Shown: piece after piece, positions 1 through 13,774 of the stretch
How the letters are laid out: every line of letters starts with the position of its first letter
Numbering within the stretch: position 1 is the stretch's first letter
Source of the DNA: Octopus vulgaris
Taxonomy: Eukaryota
DNA: 64,000 bases
Assembly: GCA_951406725.2 (NCBI GenBank)
Contig: OX597814.1
Location: 213,838,001-213,902,000 of the forward strand
Direction of reading: 5' to 3'
The notes under the pieces: model-generated
Seen by the model: only the letters and a program-made list of their open reading frames with translations
What the model was told of the DNA's origin: nothing
The model's database searches: none
Position numbers and translations under genes: made by a program

Positions 1-1760
1 ACAAATTATCGAAGCAACCAGAACTAGATCAGTTTCGATTCTTGAGGGAATTGGGTTCATTTCACTTACACAAATAAAGCTATTAGAAAATTAGTAACGT
101 CTAATCATTCCACTTCCAACTGTAAAAAGTAAAAAAAAAAACGCAAGTCGTTGTTTTACCCAAATTGTAACAATACATGCATAAAAATGCCTTTCTTCCA
201 TTCGGGAAGATATCTCTCAAGTCCTGGAACAGATAATACCCACTCTCTTCCTCTCAAAATGATTGGCTTTATGCTAAAATCAGAAATCATTGTTTCACTT
301 ATGTGAAAGACATATCAAGTACCGCAGCTCTCAAGAAAAACAAGTATTTCAGTAAAAAAGTAAGTAACGATGAAACACAAACTTAATTACCCTACACATA
401 TCACCACGAACGTCGCGATAGCCGCTCCGGATAAATATCTTAAGTAACTTAATACACTTGCTGATATCGTCTTTCAAGAATATACATCAATGGACACGAC
501 ATATTCTGATTAAAAACAACATATCGCATCACTCTTCGTACCAACTAGCTATTTTGATGAAAACATTACCAGAGTAAACACTTTATAAATTACAACAATC
601 CCCTCCACGGATACACCAGGACATACTCTTAACAAATTAAAGAAAACATTATAACTGCAAATATAAAATGGAAAATTATAGGCTGTGCAGCATTATACAC
701 AAATTGTTCTGGAATCTGCGTACCGCAGAAAAATATCGCATAATCAAACGGAATACACACACGTAAAGCAAGATAAATAAAATCATCACACAGCAGACAC
801 CAAAATGAATTCACTTTCAAAACACGACTCGACCTCTAAACGGAATAAAACAAACACCAAGCCCCTCCACATTCACATACACACCACATGAAAAATGTTA
901 CCCGTAAGAAGTTAAAGTAATCACCCTAATAAAAAATAAAACACACAGTACACTTATACATACACGAAAACATGTAACAAGAGTTTACCATAAACATTCA
1001 CGCATAAGCAAACATGCTGAACCACACACAGTATCAAAAACCCTTTGATCACTACATACACACTACACACGGACACACACGCATACGCACACTAGCGCGC
1101 ACAGACACACACACACACACAGACAAACACGCCTATGTACTTGTAACTCAAACAACACGTGTTTTTCAGCAGATTAAACAAACAAAAACCTTTAATTATC
1201 TTAACGGTTGATATAAACAAGTCATACCAAACTATTACCCATAAATAAAAAAGCCAAACATTCCAGCTAAAACCACACAAACATGCGGAATCATTTTCAA
1301 TACACAAAGCAAAAAGCTTTAATAATCACAACACACACACACGCACACACACACAACCACACACACACATACATACCTACATACATACATACATGCATAC
1401 ATACACACAGATACACATGAACAGACAAGCCTTAGCGTGTTCAAAGAATATATGCCCCCTCCCCAATGAAAGAGAAATATCTTCAATTTATTTAACATAC
1501 ACTTTCTAAACGCAATACCAAAATCATTCGACTATATCACTCCTCCATAATTAAATTACCATAATTAGGTTTACTGTTAAATTAACCCACAAACGAATCA
1601 AAGCAACAGTGTTTACAAACACATTGGGAAACTAGATAAAATTGGACAAATCATTCAAAAATATGCTGCTTTGGATATATTAAAAGACAAATTCAAATGT
1701 CAAATTAAAAGCATAATTCTCTTCACAAGAAATACATCGAGAGTAAATCTCACGCCGCAA
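1..1760 (+). mobile_element. Degenerate Penelope-like element: GIY-YIG C-terminal remnant plus 3' region
   Basis: About 668-820 reads, across frameshifts, WKIIGCAALYTNCSGIC..EKYRII...RHQNEFTF. This resembles the PLE endonuclease C-terminus (W.I...Y...C.LC..EK..I...CRH). Boundaries are approximate. Confidence 0.5.
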
Positions 1761-2145
1761 ACAAATAATGACGAAGAAATAATGGCGAGGCAGAAAAATA
1801 GCAACCAGGAGCAAGAGTAGCTGTGGGGTAAGCAGCTTGTGGCGTGCGATTTGCTTTTCATGTATTTCTTGTGAAGAGAATTATGTTTTTAATTTGACAT
1901 TTGGATTTGTCTTTTAATCTATCCAAGGCAACATATTTTTTTATGATTTGTTCAATTTTATCTAGTTTCGTAATGTGTTTGTAATTTGTTACCAAATATA
2001 TACGTTTTATTTATTATTTTGCACATTACTTAATTATTGTTATATGTTTTATCGTATATTTAATCTTTCTATAATATGTATTTTTTTCTAATTGGTATAA
2101 TTTAATTTTTCATTATTGAATTGATAAAAGGTGGGTTTTTTTCTA

Positions 2146-2199
<54 letters not shown>

Positions 2200-2203
<4 letters not shown>

Positions 2204-2383
2204 AGAATTCACGAAACAAACAAAAGACGAAGACAGGTGTGTAGATAACAAACAGATGTATTAGTTTAACGCTCAGGAGTGAAAAAGTCTTTAACGTTTC
2301 GAGCCTACGCTCTTCTACAGAAAGGAACACAGAAAGAAACAGGGAGAGAAAATAAAGAATGTGTAGTGGCTAGCGATCTATCA
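2200..2383 (-). mobile_element. Penelope pLTR-like non-coding fragment abutting (TA)n
   Basis: Near-identical to 7266-7450, starts directly at a (TA)n tract and contains a hammerhead-like motif. Confidence 0.6.
2289..2324 (-). ncRNA. Minimal type I hammerhead-ribozyme-like motif (variant core CUGUAGA)
   Basis: Minus strand reads CTTT-CTGTAGA-A-GAGC gtag GCTC-GAAA-CGTT-AAAG: stem I CTTT/AAAG, stem II GAGC/GCTC, palindromic AACGTT at stem III. Confidence 0.6.
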
Positions 2384-2572
2384 CGTTTGTGTGTCTGTGT
2401 TTCGCCCCACACCATCACTTGACAACCGATGCTGGTGTGTTTACGTGCTCGTAACTTAGCGGTTACTAGGCTTACAAAGAATAAGACCCGGAGTCGATTT
2501 GTTCGACTAGAGGCGGTGCTCCAGCATGGCCGCAGTCAAATTACAGAAAGAAATAAAAGAATGAAAGAAAGA
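2384..2572 (+). mobile_element. SINE family A, 3' half with internal deletion
   Basis: Matches the tail of other copies (ttgacaaccgatgctggtgtg...ggcggtgctccagcatggccgcagtc). Confidence 0.8.
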
Positions 2573-3009
2573 ATCATCAAACGAAAAATGAAAACCCATA
2601 AACAAACACATGCATGAGACCCTATCAACACCAAGAAATATAAAAATACCATTAAACCGAGTTATAGTAGTTCTCACTTGATAATCGCATTATCGTAAAA
2701 CACGAATCATAAGACAAGGATTCAGTTTCAATAAATGATATATATTATAGCATATATTGATCACCACTCAATGGTTAAGAAATTTGCTTCACAATCGTAA
2801 GGTCCAGTGTTTGATCCGACTGTGTGGATCAAGATACCATGCAGCAGTATTGACCCATAATTATGAGCTGGATCTCCGTCACTCGACGATGAGAATTCAG
2901 TTATTAAAACTTCTGGATTAACACGTAAGTGGCTGAGCATTCCACACACAGGTGTACTCTTAAGAAGCAGGATCAGTAGTGTGTGAGAAGTTTGTACCAT
3001 TTGAATTAA

Positions 3010-3170
3010 AGGGAATTATAGGGTTAAACAAAAACATTTTGGATAGAACAAGTAGAGAGCTGCCCATGGGACTCGATACCTCATCTTTTTTAAACCTGAC
3101 ATACGTTCTACCATTGGACCAAAGCAATTGTTCGAATATGTCAATGCATTTTAGAAACTTCATTCTTCGA
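3010..3170 (-). mobile_element. Highly degenerate Penelope-type RT fragment
   Basis: WSNGRTY...PMGSSLLVLSKMF resembles the PLE RT motif F.G..Y.Q..G..MGSPL...LA.IF. Confidence 0.35.
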
Positions 3171-3466
3171 ACAAGAACCGTATGTTGTTGACGTCTTAAG
3201 AGAAAGCGATATAATTCTTTTTCGGAACAGTGAAACTCGAAGCAGATAATGCTATAAATATTAGCCTGTAAATATCATTTATAAATTTATCAGCTTGAAG
3301 TATCACTGCTCCAAATGCGAATTATTTTACGTTCCCTCGAAGTTTCTAACTTCTTATGTTCTCAACCTATACACACACGCACACACACATATACATATCA
3401 CACACATACATAAATAAATGAATACCTATATATATATATATATATATATATTTACATATACTCACA

Positions 3467-3653
3467 CGTGGGGGTGATGAAAAGTTCCTGGCTTTAAGGC
3501 TTTAAGAGTACTTTTGCAGGACTTTGAAAAACTGAAGAACCACTGCAAAAAGTGAGTGAATCTGAGAGGAGAATGTCTTGGATAAATTCATAATTAACTG
3601 ATCCTCCTGTATTTTGTTTTACCCAAAGCAAGGAACTGTTCATCACACCCTCG
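3467..3653 (+). mobile_element. Internally deleted mariner element (MITE-like)
   Basis: Imperfect TIRs cgtgggggtgatgaaaagttcctggcttt / aaagcaaggaactgttcatcacaccctcg followed by TA. The interior resembles a transposase C-terminus (KL.NHCKK.VNLRGECLG). Confidence 0.7.
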
Positions 3654-3744
3654 TACATGCGTGCATAAATATATTTATGTACATGCAGTGCCTCAGCTTG
3701 GCCACAGATTTGAGCTGCAAGTGATAATATATATATATATATAA

Positions 3745-4072
<328 letters not shown>

Positions 4073-4421
4073 CAGTTACAGGTTATGATATCCTCATGAA
4101 GGAATAGTATCAACCAAGGAAAATACTGGTTCAATACCTTATATTTTGGGGAAGTCAGCTGTGATGAATCTACAAACAGCCATACAAAACATCTAAGGGT
4201 ATATTTTTCCCTCTGAGGAGATTATACTCAAAATATGAACTTAATATTTAATCAATTTCACTGTGTTTAATTCAAACAGCTGTAAAGGATGATGATCGAT
4301 TAGTTGTTGATAATATATCCTTATTACCTTCAAAATCTCCATTTTCTTCGTCTTTATATATAAATGAGATAAAGTTACTTTAGCATTTTCTACCTAGTTT
4401 TATTTTCCTTATATATATATT

Positions 4422-4492
<71 letters not shown>

Positions 4493-4536
4493 GGGCTAAA
4501 ACATTTTTAAGGATTTAAGGATATATACACACACAC

Positions 4537-4607
<71 letters not shown>

Positions 4608-4689
4608 AAAATAAAACTAGGTAGAAAATGCTGAAGTAACTTCAGCTACTAAGTATGGATCAATACTACTGCATGACATCTTGATCTCA

Positions 4690-5609
4690 CATCTTTCGTC
4701 ACGCCGTTTGGCTTATTTCAGTTCAGGGTCATGCCCTTCGGGTTACATAATGCCCCCGCGACTTTCCAGAGACCTTAGTAACAGAAGTAATGAGCAATTC
4801 GCATGTTACCTTGATGACTTATGCCTATATGACATGGATTGGGAAGTCATTGTAGAAATTTGAGAGAAATTTTCGCTAAATTGGAAGCCGCTGTGTTAAC
4901 CATCAATTTGCCAAAATGCGAGTTTGGTAAAGCCTAGATTACTTATCTAGGATATACAGTATGACAGGGTAAGGTCGTACCGAAGAAGGCTAATGTAAAA
5001 GCCATATCAGATTTTTCGCGACCCACGAAAAAACGTCAGATCAAACGATTTTTGGGATTGATTGGTTTTTACTGTAAGTTCGTGCAAAATGTCTCTATTA
5101 TTGCAAAACCGTTGAAAAGGTTATGAAAAAATACCCAAACCATGAAGTGGTCATCAGAGTGTGAAACAGCTTTTGAGAAACTTAAGTCGGTTTTACAAAA
5201 TTCCCCGGTATTAAAAGCGCCTTATTTTGAGAAACCGTTCTCATTGATGACTGGCGCGTCCGATGTAGGTACTGGCGCGGTTTTGTTACAAGCATGACAA
5301 ACTGGAGTAGATTGTCCAGAGGCATACTTTTCTAGGAATTTTAATTCTTGTCAGAAGAATTACTCTGCCATCGAGAAAGAGCGTTTAGCTCTTGTGTGGG
5401 CAGTTCAGCTCTTTCAAATTTATATAGGTTCAAATCCTACCACTGTCTACACATACAACAATCCCTTAGTCTTCATTAATAAGATGAAAGGCACTAAACA
5501 GAAGATTCTGATTCCGAGGTGGAGCTTATACCAGCAACAATTTAGTTTGAATATTTGTCATATCGCAGGAAATGCTAATTTACTTGCAAATGCACTATCC
5601 AAGTGTTAG
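4690..5609 (+). mobile_element. Gypsy/Ty3 LTR-retrotransposon pol remnant (RT + RNase H), disrupted
   Basis: [84 protein letters not shown]. Contains stops and frameshifts. Confidence 0.9.
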
Positions 5610-5670
5610 CATTTATCATTTGTATAGTTTGTATAAATTCGGTTTATGACTACCAGGTTGTAACAATATA

Positions 5671-5707
<37 letters not shown>

Positions 5708-5710
5708 AGG

Positions 5711-5744
<34 letters not shown>

Positions 5745-5805
5745 TGTATGTATGTATGTATGTATGTACGTATGTATGTGTATATGTATGTATAAATATA
5801 TATAC

Positions 5806-5886
<81 letters not shown>

Positions 5887-6020
5887 ATATATATATATTT
5901 ATATATATATTTATATATATATTTATATATAATTTTTTATATAGGCGCAGGAATGGCTGCGTGGTAAGTAGCTTATAGGTGCAGGAGTGGCTGTGTGGTA
6001 GGTAGCTAGCTAACATATTG

Positions 6021-6254
6021 AAGGCGGCGAGCTGGCAGAAACGTTAGCGCGCCGGGCGAAATGCTTAGCGGTATTTCGTCTGCCGCTACGTTCTGAGTTC
6101 AAATTCCGCCGAGGTCGACTTTGCCTTTCATCCTTTCGGGGTCGATTAAATAAGTACAGTTACACACTGGGGTCGATGTAATCGACTTAATCCGTTTGTC
6201 TGTCCTTGTTCGTCCTCTCTGTGTTTAGCCCCTTGTGGGTAGTAAAGAAATAGG
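6021..6254 (+). mobile_element. SINE family B (Meta-domain-like), full length, inserted after family A heads (5943-6010)
   Basis: tRNA-like head with B-box gagttcaaattcc. The central gcctttcatcctttcggggtcgattaaataagtac resembles the MetaSINE domain. Many copies in the window. Confidence 0.85.
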
Positions 6255-6329
6255 TAGGTAGCTAGCTTACTTCCGCACATGCGCATTGGTGGTTTGCTTC
6301 AACACTTGAACAAGGACATGAGCTACTGT

Positions 6330-6590
6330 TCTCATAATTTTCATAATTTGTAAACTTTCTTATAGGTATAATTTGCAGATCCTGTTATTATGCCTATAAG
6401 ATGGTGCTGAAAAGAGAATTTTCTAAGAAATCGAGTAATCTATATTGCTTTTTTCAGTTGCCAAACCTTTTTAGATAGAACTGTGCTATTTTCTTTTCTA
6501 TGGTCATTGAAGGATGATCTATGATTATATAATCTCAGTTTAAAAGGATTTTGTGTGCATCCAATGTAAGTAAATTTTGAGAGATTATGG
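6330..6590 (-). mobile_element. Penelope-like GIY-YIG endonuclease fragment
   Basis: Minus strand translates TYIGCTQNPFKLRLYNHRSSFNDHRKENSTVLSKKVWQLKK...SYRHNNRICKLYL*E. Confidence 0.8.
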
Positions 6591-7265
6591 GTAATAATTG
6601 TTGCTTAGTATAATCTCTCGAAATTTATTCACATTGGATGTACACACAATCCTTTTAAATTAAAATTAAATAATCATAGATCATGTGCATACGAAGAGTT
6701 TTATAATATTTTCACATTCTTTACTCTTTATTAGTATTATTACTATCTTTATCTTTCCTTTATAATTTTTACAACTAGCTCTAAAGTTCTTTTCTACTTT
6801 TGTATTAGCTCCGTTTAATATAATTAATAGATTATACATTAAAAGCTATTTGTTAGTAAATAGTTTCTATTATAAACTAGACCAAACATATATCTATGCA
6901 AATATATTTAAACTCATATATTCCATTTCTGATATTCAGCTTGGAATTACATGAAGAAACTAATTAATATATAACTAAAATGTTACTAAACGAATGTACT
7001 TTGTACATTATATTCCATATTTCACTTATTACTTATATAGTTATTACATTTACGTGTGTCATATAATATTCATGTTATTATACAATTGTATATAGATGTA
7101 CGTATGTGCATATACACCTCGATATCATTACATATATGTGCATGCGTATGTGTGTGTATATGTGTATATATATGTATGTATGTATGCATGTATGTATGTA
7201 TATATGTGCATGTCTATGTGTGTATATATATATATATTCGTATGTATATGTGTATATATATATAT

Positions 7266-7450
7266 AGTGAGAATTTACAAAAAACACAAAAGACGAAGAC
7301 GGGTGTGTAAACAACAAACAGATGTATTAGTTTAACGCACGGGAAGTGAGAAAGTATTTTCCGTTTCTAGCCTACGCTCTTCGACAAAAAAAAAACACAG
7401 AAAGAAATAAGGAGAGAAAATAGAAAAAAATTTAGTGGTTAGCGATCTAT
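7266..7450 (-). mobile_element. Penelope pLTR-like fragment, same family as 2200-2383
   Basis: Shares aaaagacgaagac..gtgt..aacaacaaacagatgtattagtttaacgc; degenerate hammerhead at about 7357-7390. Confidence 0.6.
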
Positions 7451-8799
7451 ATGCATATATAAAAGCGAGAGTGGCGAAAGAGAGCAGAAACGCCTCTACC
7501 TCCCTTATTTGTAGTCTTGCGTTTTTTCTTGGATGGGATGACGATTAGATCGATCACTTTATCAGTTATTTGTGGGCTGGTAGATGGATGTACGCGTGTG
7601 TGGGATCATCGTCTTAGAAATGAATGTATTTTAATGTGCTAGATATATAATCTAACATATAGATATAGATCTGATGAAGAATGTTGCTATCAAAATGTTT
7701 TAAATTGATAAACATAGTCGCTAACTATATCACTTTTACATTCCTATCCCTAATTTCTCACAACTACATATCTAAAATACATGTCATATTTTTGAAAAGA
7801 TAAACTATGAACAAAGTATGCATAAAGGTCGCATATTTTTTGTCTTGAAAGCACCTCTTCTATTTGAATAATTAATATAGTAATTAATCACAGTTATCAT
7901 ATCAGGTATTCTCCATTGGTTTTCTAATAGTTAGTATTACAGTTCATAAAGTTAGAAAAACATTAAAACGTATACCTTATAGAGTCAAGATATTTCTTTA
8001 AGGTAATTAGCTAATATAATCTATTTGTTAGTAAATAGTTTCAATTATAAACTAGACCAATTATATATCTATGCAAATATATTTAAACTTATATATTCCA
8101 TTTATGATGTTCACCTAGGAATTACTTGAAGAAACTAATTAATATATAACTAAAATGTTACAAAACGAATGTACTTCGTAGATGATAAGCCGTTGAAATT
8201 TTCAATAGATTTAGAATCTGTCCTATCGAAATACACGGTTTTACTTTCTCATTTACAATACCATGACATAAATACGATTTCATTCAATAATGCTATATGG
8301 TTTGACTGCAAACAACAATGATATCGCATTTAGAAACAAAGCCGTGTTGCGAATAATTGAACTATATTTCACGGGAAAAGACAGTAAAATGAATATGATA
8401 ACCTCAGAACATGGACTGAATTAGTAATATCTTCTGCATATCATGGGCTTCACTTAACTGGCAATTTTATATCGAAGACACAAATTGTAGCCATTCAGTA
8501 TAATGAGGATAAGGTAATATAAGTTAATTATATTACAATGACAAGAAGACTACGTATAAGTTTCAGATTAGCCTTACCAGTACGTTTGAAAATGATAATT
8601 ATGTTTATAGAAAATACTTGCAAAATTTTATTCGACATTTTCCAGATTTCTTTATAACAAGACTTTTGCTTAATGCAAAGGATCTAATCAACTTCTTCAT
8701 ACTATTACGTACTTATATCTATAAACACATAAACATAACTTATGATTCCAAAACTTATTCTGCAACACGGAATTTTGTCAGCGAACAGGTCGCGGTCTG

Positions 8800-9391
8800 A
8801 AAGCGACGAAAATATGTTGGCAAATTAAATTTAAATGTTGAGGTGAATTTAACGGTTTTTTTGTGTGTTTCTTAAATGGCTTATAAACACCTTCCACGCT
8901 GCAATTGTTTTAGTTCCAGCACACGATCTCAGATCAGGTCACTTGCTATGCAAGTACATCTCTGTAAACTAATATTCTTCTCTTTTAGAAACTAATAAAT
9001 GCATCCCCGACACACACATAAAAAATCGAAGCTCTTTCAAGATATCTTTCGATTTGATTCTATATATTTCCCAGAACATTTTCTGTCTTCTGTCTCAAAG
9101 CGACGAAAATATGTTGGCAAATTAAATTTAAATGTTGAGGTGAATTTAACGGGTTGTTTTGTATGTTTCTTAAATGGCTTATAAACACCTTCCACGCTGC
9201 AATTGTTTTCGTTCCAGCACACGATCTCAGATCAGGTCACTTGCTATGCAAGTACATCTCTGTAAACTAATATTCTTCTCTTTTAGAAACTAATAAATGC
9301 ATCCCCGACACACACATAAAAAATCGAAGCTCTTTCAAGATATCTTTCAATTTGATTCTATATATTTCCCAGAACATTTTCTGTCTTCTGT
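8800..9391. repeat. Tandem duplication, 297-bp period, 2 copies
   Basis: aaagcgacgaaaatatgttggc starts at 8800 and at 9097; the copies differ at only a few positions. Confidence 0.95.
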
Positions 9392-10489
9392 AAAGTGCAT
9401 CACAAAAGACAGGTAGTTACTGAAAAACAATTGTTGACAAATTTAACTTATCAGACCGTAATCTTGAATCTGCTGTTTGCACACACCTTCTGTATTCTCA
9501 TTTAATTCATCTATGTGCCTTGCACAGCTAATTTCGGTCAAAGGGATTAGCATTAGTAGTTCTTTTAGTGATATATGGCAAAACAATGCCCAGAACATGA
9601 CAAACCTCTAACAGAATAAGTTCTTGAACAACTGGCACTTCAATACCTAGCGATCAACAACAAATTATATTGTGAAGTGTGTACTGTTTTTGTACTGTCA
9701 GACAAAACGTTGCATCGCCTAATGTCCTGCTTTTTATGCACTGTTTGCAAGTGGGTAATCAATTTTCAATGCTTCATTACTTCATTTAACATATAAGTTA
9801 CGTTGTTTACTGCTGATTAATTTGCATTTATATAATCTGTACACCGGATAGCTGTTTACATTTGATGATCTTTGAATCATAAATTAACTTTAGTTTCAAA
9901 ATTTATCGTGACATTTTTATCATGAAATTAAATGAAGACACTAACTCAGCATACAGTCAACAATTGAAAAATAGAAACGTATTATTATCTTCCCACAAGA
10001 TTGATTGCAGTATTTAATCGCAAATATTAAATTTCAGCTGAAAAATTGTATCTAATGTAAATGGGATTAATTATTTTATCAAATTTCATTGAAATTTATA
10101 TGAATTTAATTCTATTAAGTATCAGTACAATTATTTAATTTCAATTTTTTCTGTTTACCTAGGTTTCTTAATTGCAATAAAAAAAAATTCTGTCAAGTTG
10201 CTAATACATAAACGACAAAGGGTATGACAATCCTGGCAATATTCGAACTCGAATGCACTTCTAGACGGGCTCTTGTAGGTTTAGTAGCAGCACCACCTCC
10301 ATTCACATGAAGAATGCTCCTAGTAAAAACTGATAAGTAGATTTTGTAAATTTGTTAGTCAATGTTTCTCCCTTTTTTATATTTTTTTTTTCCAATTGTA
10401 AATTTTTGTAAAATTATGAAATATTTCAACTTTTCATTTGTTTGTGTTTTAACTGAAAATGAACAGTATTTTTTCTACTATGGGTACAA

Positions 10490-10688
10490 GGCCTGAAATT
10501 AGTTGGGAGGGGGGGGGGCAGTCGATTAGATCTACCTCAGTACGCAACTGGTACTTAATTTACTGACCCGGAAAGGATAAAAGGCTTAGTCGACCTAGGC
10601 GGAATTTGAACTCAGAACGTAAAGCCAGACGAAATAAGACTAAGCATTTCGCCTGGCATGCTAACGATTCTGCCAGCTCGCCGCCTTG
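10490..10688 (-). mobile_element. SINE family B, short-tail variant
   Basis: Reverse complement of the head and Meta-like domain. Confidence 0.85.
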
Positions 10689-12839
10689 AAAAGGAACAGT
10701 GTTATCGTTAAAAACATTCTGGTCGAGACATTTCTAATTAATTTGTATGATTGATTTGCTTTTAAGTGGCGTTTAAATTTATCAGCATATCTCTATTTAG
10801 AAACCTTAGTTTTAAATCTCGATGAGATGCTTTTAAGATGTGTCACAAAGTGGCTGGAAAATACTAACACTGTTTTTTGCTTTGATAATATAGTTTTGCA
10901 AAACCATTGCTTTTCTCTCTTGATGTAATACTGAACATCAATGAAATAAAGTGACGATTGTACATCTGAATAACAATATTTTAACTGCGTAACGCAAGGG
11001 TGAAGAAACACCACTATATTTGCTAATTTTATGAGACCTTTGAGACCCTTAAATATGCCCTCTGCGAAAAGCATGGATTTTCTTTTATAAATACATTTGT
11101 ATTTATTCCGTTTTTCTTAAATTCTTGAGAATCATCAAAATATCAACTTGCATTTTAATTTCCTATTTTAATGTTTCTGATTACATTTTCACAATAAATG
11201 TACTTAGATCATTTTTATATATTTTAACTCGACCTTCAGATTACAAAACATTGGCTTTTTGTCCCTGTTCAAATGGGTAAAAACACGAATAATATGCTTA
11301 TTGCAGTTAATAATAAAATGCATGTTTCGGTGATATTCCCCCCGAATGTATCAGCACACACACATGTATATATGAGTCATTCTTATCAAGTTCACTTTGT
11401 AGAGGAAATTAAAGATTTCATTCAATATTGTCAGAGTATGGAAATGTTTATCCTTGCCCAGGTTCAATAGTAGAATTGAAGCCACATTGCTACTTAACGA
11501 AACACTCTTTATTGAATTCCCTATCCTAAACGTCATAGCGTTTTAAATCTCATAGCAACAGAAACAACATTATCAGTGATAAAGTAGGAATTGGTAGACG
11601 TTTGAGATAACACATTAATGGTAAAAGAAGATAAATGGTATTCGAATCTTTAGACTATGAGCTACGCAAGCATTAATTCGCTCTCACTATATTCTTTCTT
11701 TCATAAACATTTATTCTCTCGACAAATTCAGTAACTTTTAAATTAGAATGCTATTATATAATTCTCTGTTCTGGGAGGCATTTTCTCACAAAATGACTAC
11801 TTATTTTAAAACCAACACTACAAGAGTATCGTCTACAAGTGCTAAACAGGAACGAAGAACAGTTGTTCGTGCAGGTGAACTTGACACTCGGCTTCTACCT
11901 GACTTTTATACAATCTCCTTGAACATTGTAGCATATAGAAGTAGTACATAGTAATACTGGTAAATGACGTTATTGCGTTCATAAATTGTGCCTTCCATCG
12001 CTTATTTTACTTCACTACTTACCAAGAGTTTACATCGGTTATTTGACAGATGAAGCGCTGTGTACTGTCAAGTACCAACCGTTCAGAGAGATACAGTAAT
12101 TATAGTGAATTCTGTTGGTTAATGAGTACGATCCAATTTATATTTCTTTAAATGTTATAATGTTTGTGTGATATATTTGGCGCCATACTAATTGTACTAC
12201 AGTAAACGGTTAAAAAGTTCAATTCACGATCTCGAGGTCTCGGGATAGGCATACTGTATGACATCTTACGCATGTTTCTACTATAACCTCTGATTGACCC
12301 AAGTCATGTGTGAGTGAAATTTGGTCGATAGAATATGTGCTGCATCCCGTTTGACAGATTGTGCTTGTAATGCAAAGGCCTAGCTTTGACACATAATGTT
12401 TCTCAGATTCTCTTAAAGGATTCCATGCATCTGCAATGCTCAACTACTTGCACGTAATTCAATGACTAGGCAGTCCTGTTGATGGAGCAACTGAATACTC
12501 ATCATTGAAACCGACACATTCACTTACAATTTTCTTAACTATACCACAGTAACTGTAGACCTTTTTTCACTAAAGAATTTTGGCATTCCGTAGCCCATTA
12601 TTTATATGAATGAAAACGCATAATAATGTCCCTACCGTAGCATTTACACACAGGACAGTTCCTTCACAACCAAATTTAAATATGTAAACTATCAAACCAA
12701 AATAAGAACTACATCAGACTATTACACGAGGTTAACTTTTATTCCAGTATATACGGTATTTATGTATGCTTATATATTGTGTCCGCACGCGCATGCGTTT
12801 GTGTATCTGTCTGCCAGTCTGTGTATGTTTGTGTATGTA

Positions 12840-13225
12840 TCTCTTTCTATATAAACGGCAGTTTGTCTGTGTGTGTTTCTGTGTGTCTGTTTGCTTGTAC
12901 CCTCACGCTGACCACGGCTTTCAACCGATTCTGATGAAACTTGACACACACATAGCCCAATGTCATAATTCAAAACTAACGCAGCGAAAATTTTGAAAAG
13001 TTACCCCAGTTCTGAAAAAAAAAATTTATTCGACATGGGGTCGACAATCAGAAACACAAACCACAGATGGTCTAGGGGACGCAACTCGACCTTTTTAATT
13101 ATCAAAAAAAAAATTTACCATAATTTTTTTCCCCATTTTTTTGCTATTTTTTGGCTATAACTCTCTAAAAATGCTTTATAGTTATTTCCCTTACAAACCC
13201 GAGCAACGCCGGGCGATACTGCTAG
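12840..13225 (+). mobile_element. Non-autonomous Helitron
   Basis: 5' A|TCTCTTTCTATATAA start; 3' hairpin CCCGAGCAACGCCGGG then CTAG|T; inserted between A and T with no TSD. Confidence 0.8.
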
Positions 13226-13774
13226 TATTGCATATATGTAAATGTGTATATCTGCGTGTGTAAAAGACGAAGATATGAATGCAGATGTATTAATATTCCT
13301 TTCGATAATTAATTTGCAGCCGTGTATTTTTTTTTACTTTTTACTTTATCATTAAATTGTCATACAATGTTTTGAAATCCTTCTAGCAGTTGATAATTCT
13401 TTGCAAAAACTTTAGATCCGTCATGTAAAGGCAGTTGTTGACTGACTTATTGTGTTCTCTGTATCGATATCTTGCGTCATTTAACAGCTTAGTGGGGAAG
13501 TGGTGAGAGATTTACAAAAGCGAGGAGTTGATAGAGAATCACCTTGAAAAATGCGCAGTTCATATCGATGCCGCCAACATTCACAGAATATGTCTAAGAA
13601 TTTAATATCAAGATTGTCATTCAAAGCTTCATACTATTTGGCAGAAAATTATAAATAAATGTAGACATTTGATACACGCCCAAGCATTTCTCAATTCAGC
13701 TACGTGGAAGGTTACCAAACGCTTTTGTTGTGGTTGTTATTAAAATTATTATTATCATTATTCCGTAGTTTTAT

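Noticed and set aside
5943-6110. tRNA-like A/B boxes
   Set aside because: They are SINE heads; no complete cloverleaf is present, so no tRNA gene was called.
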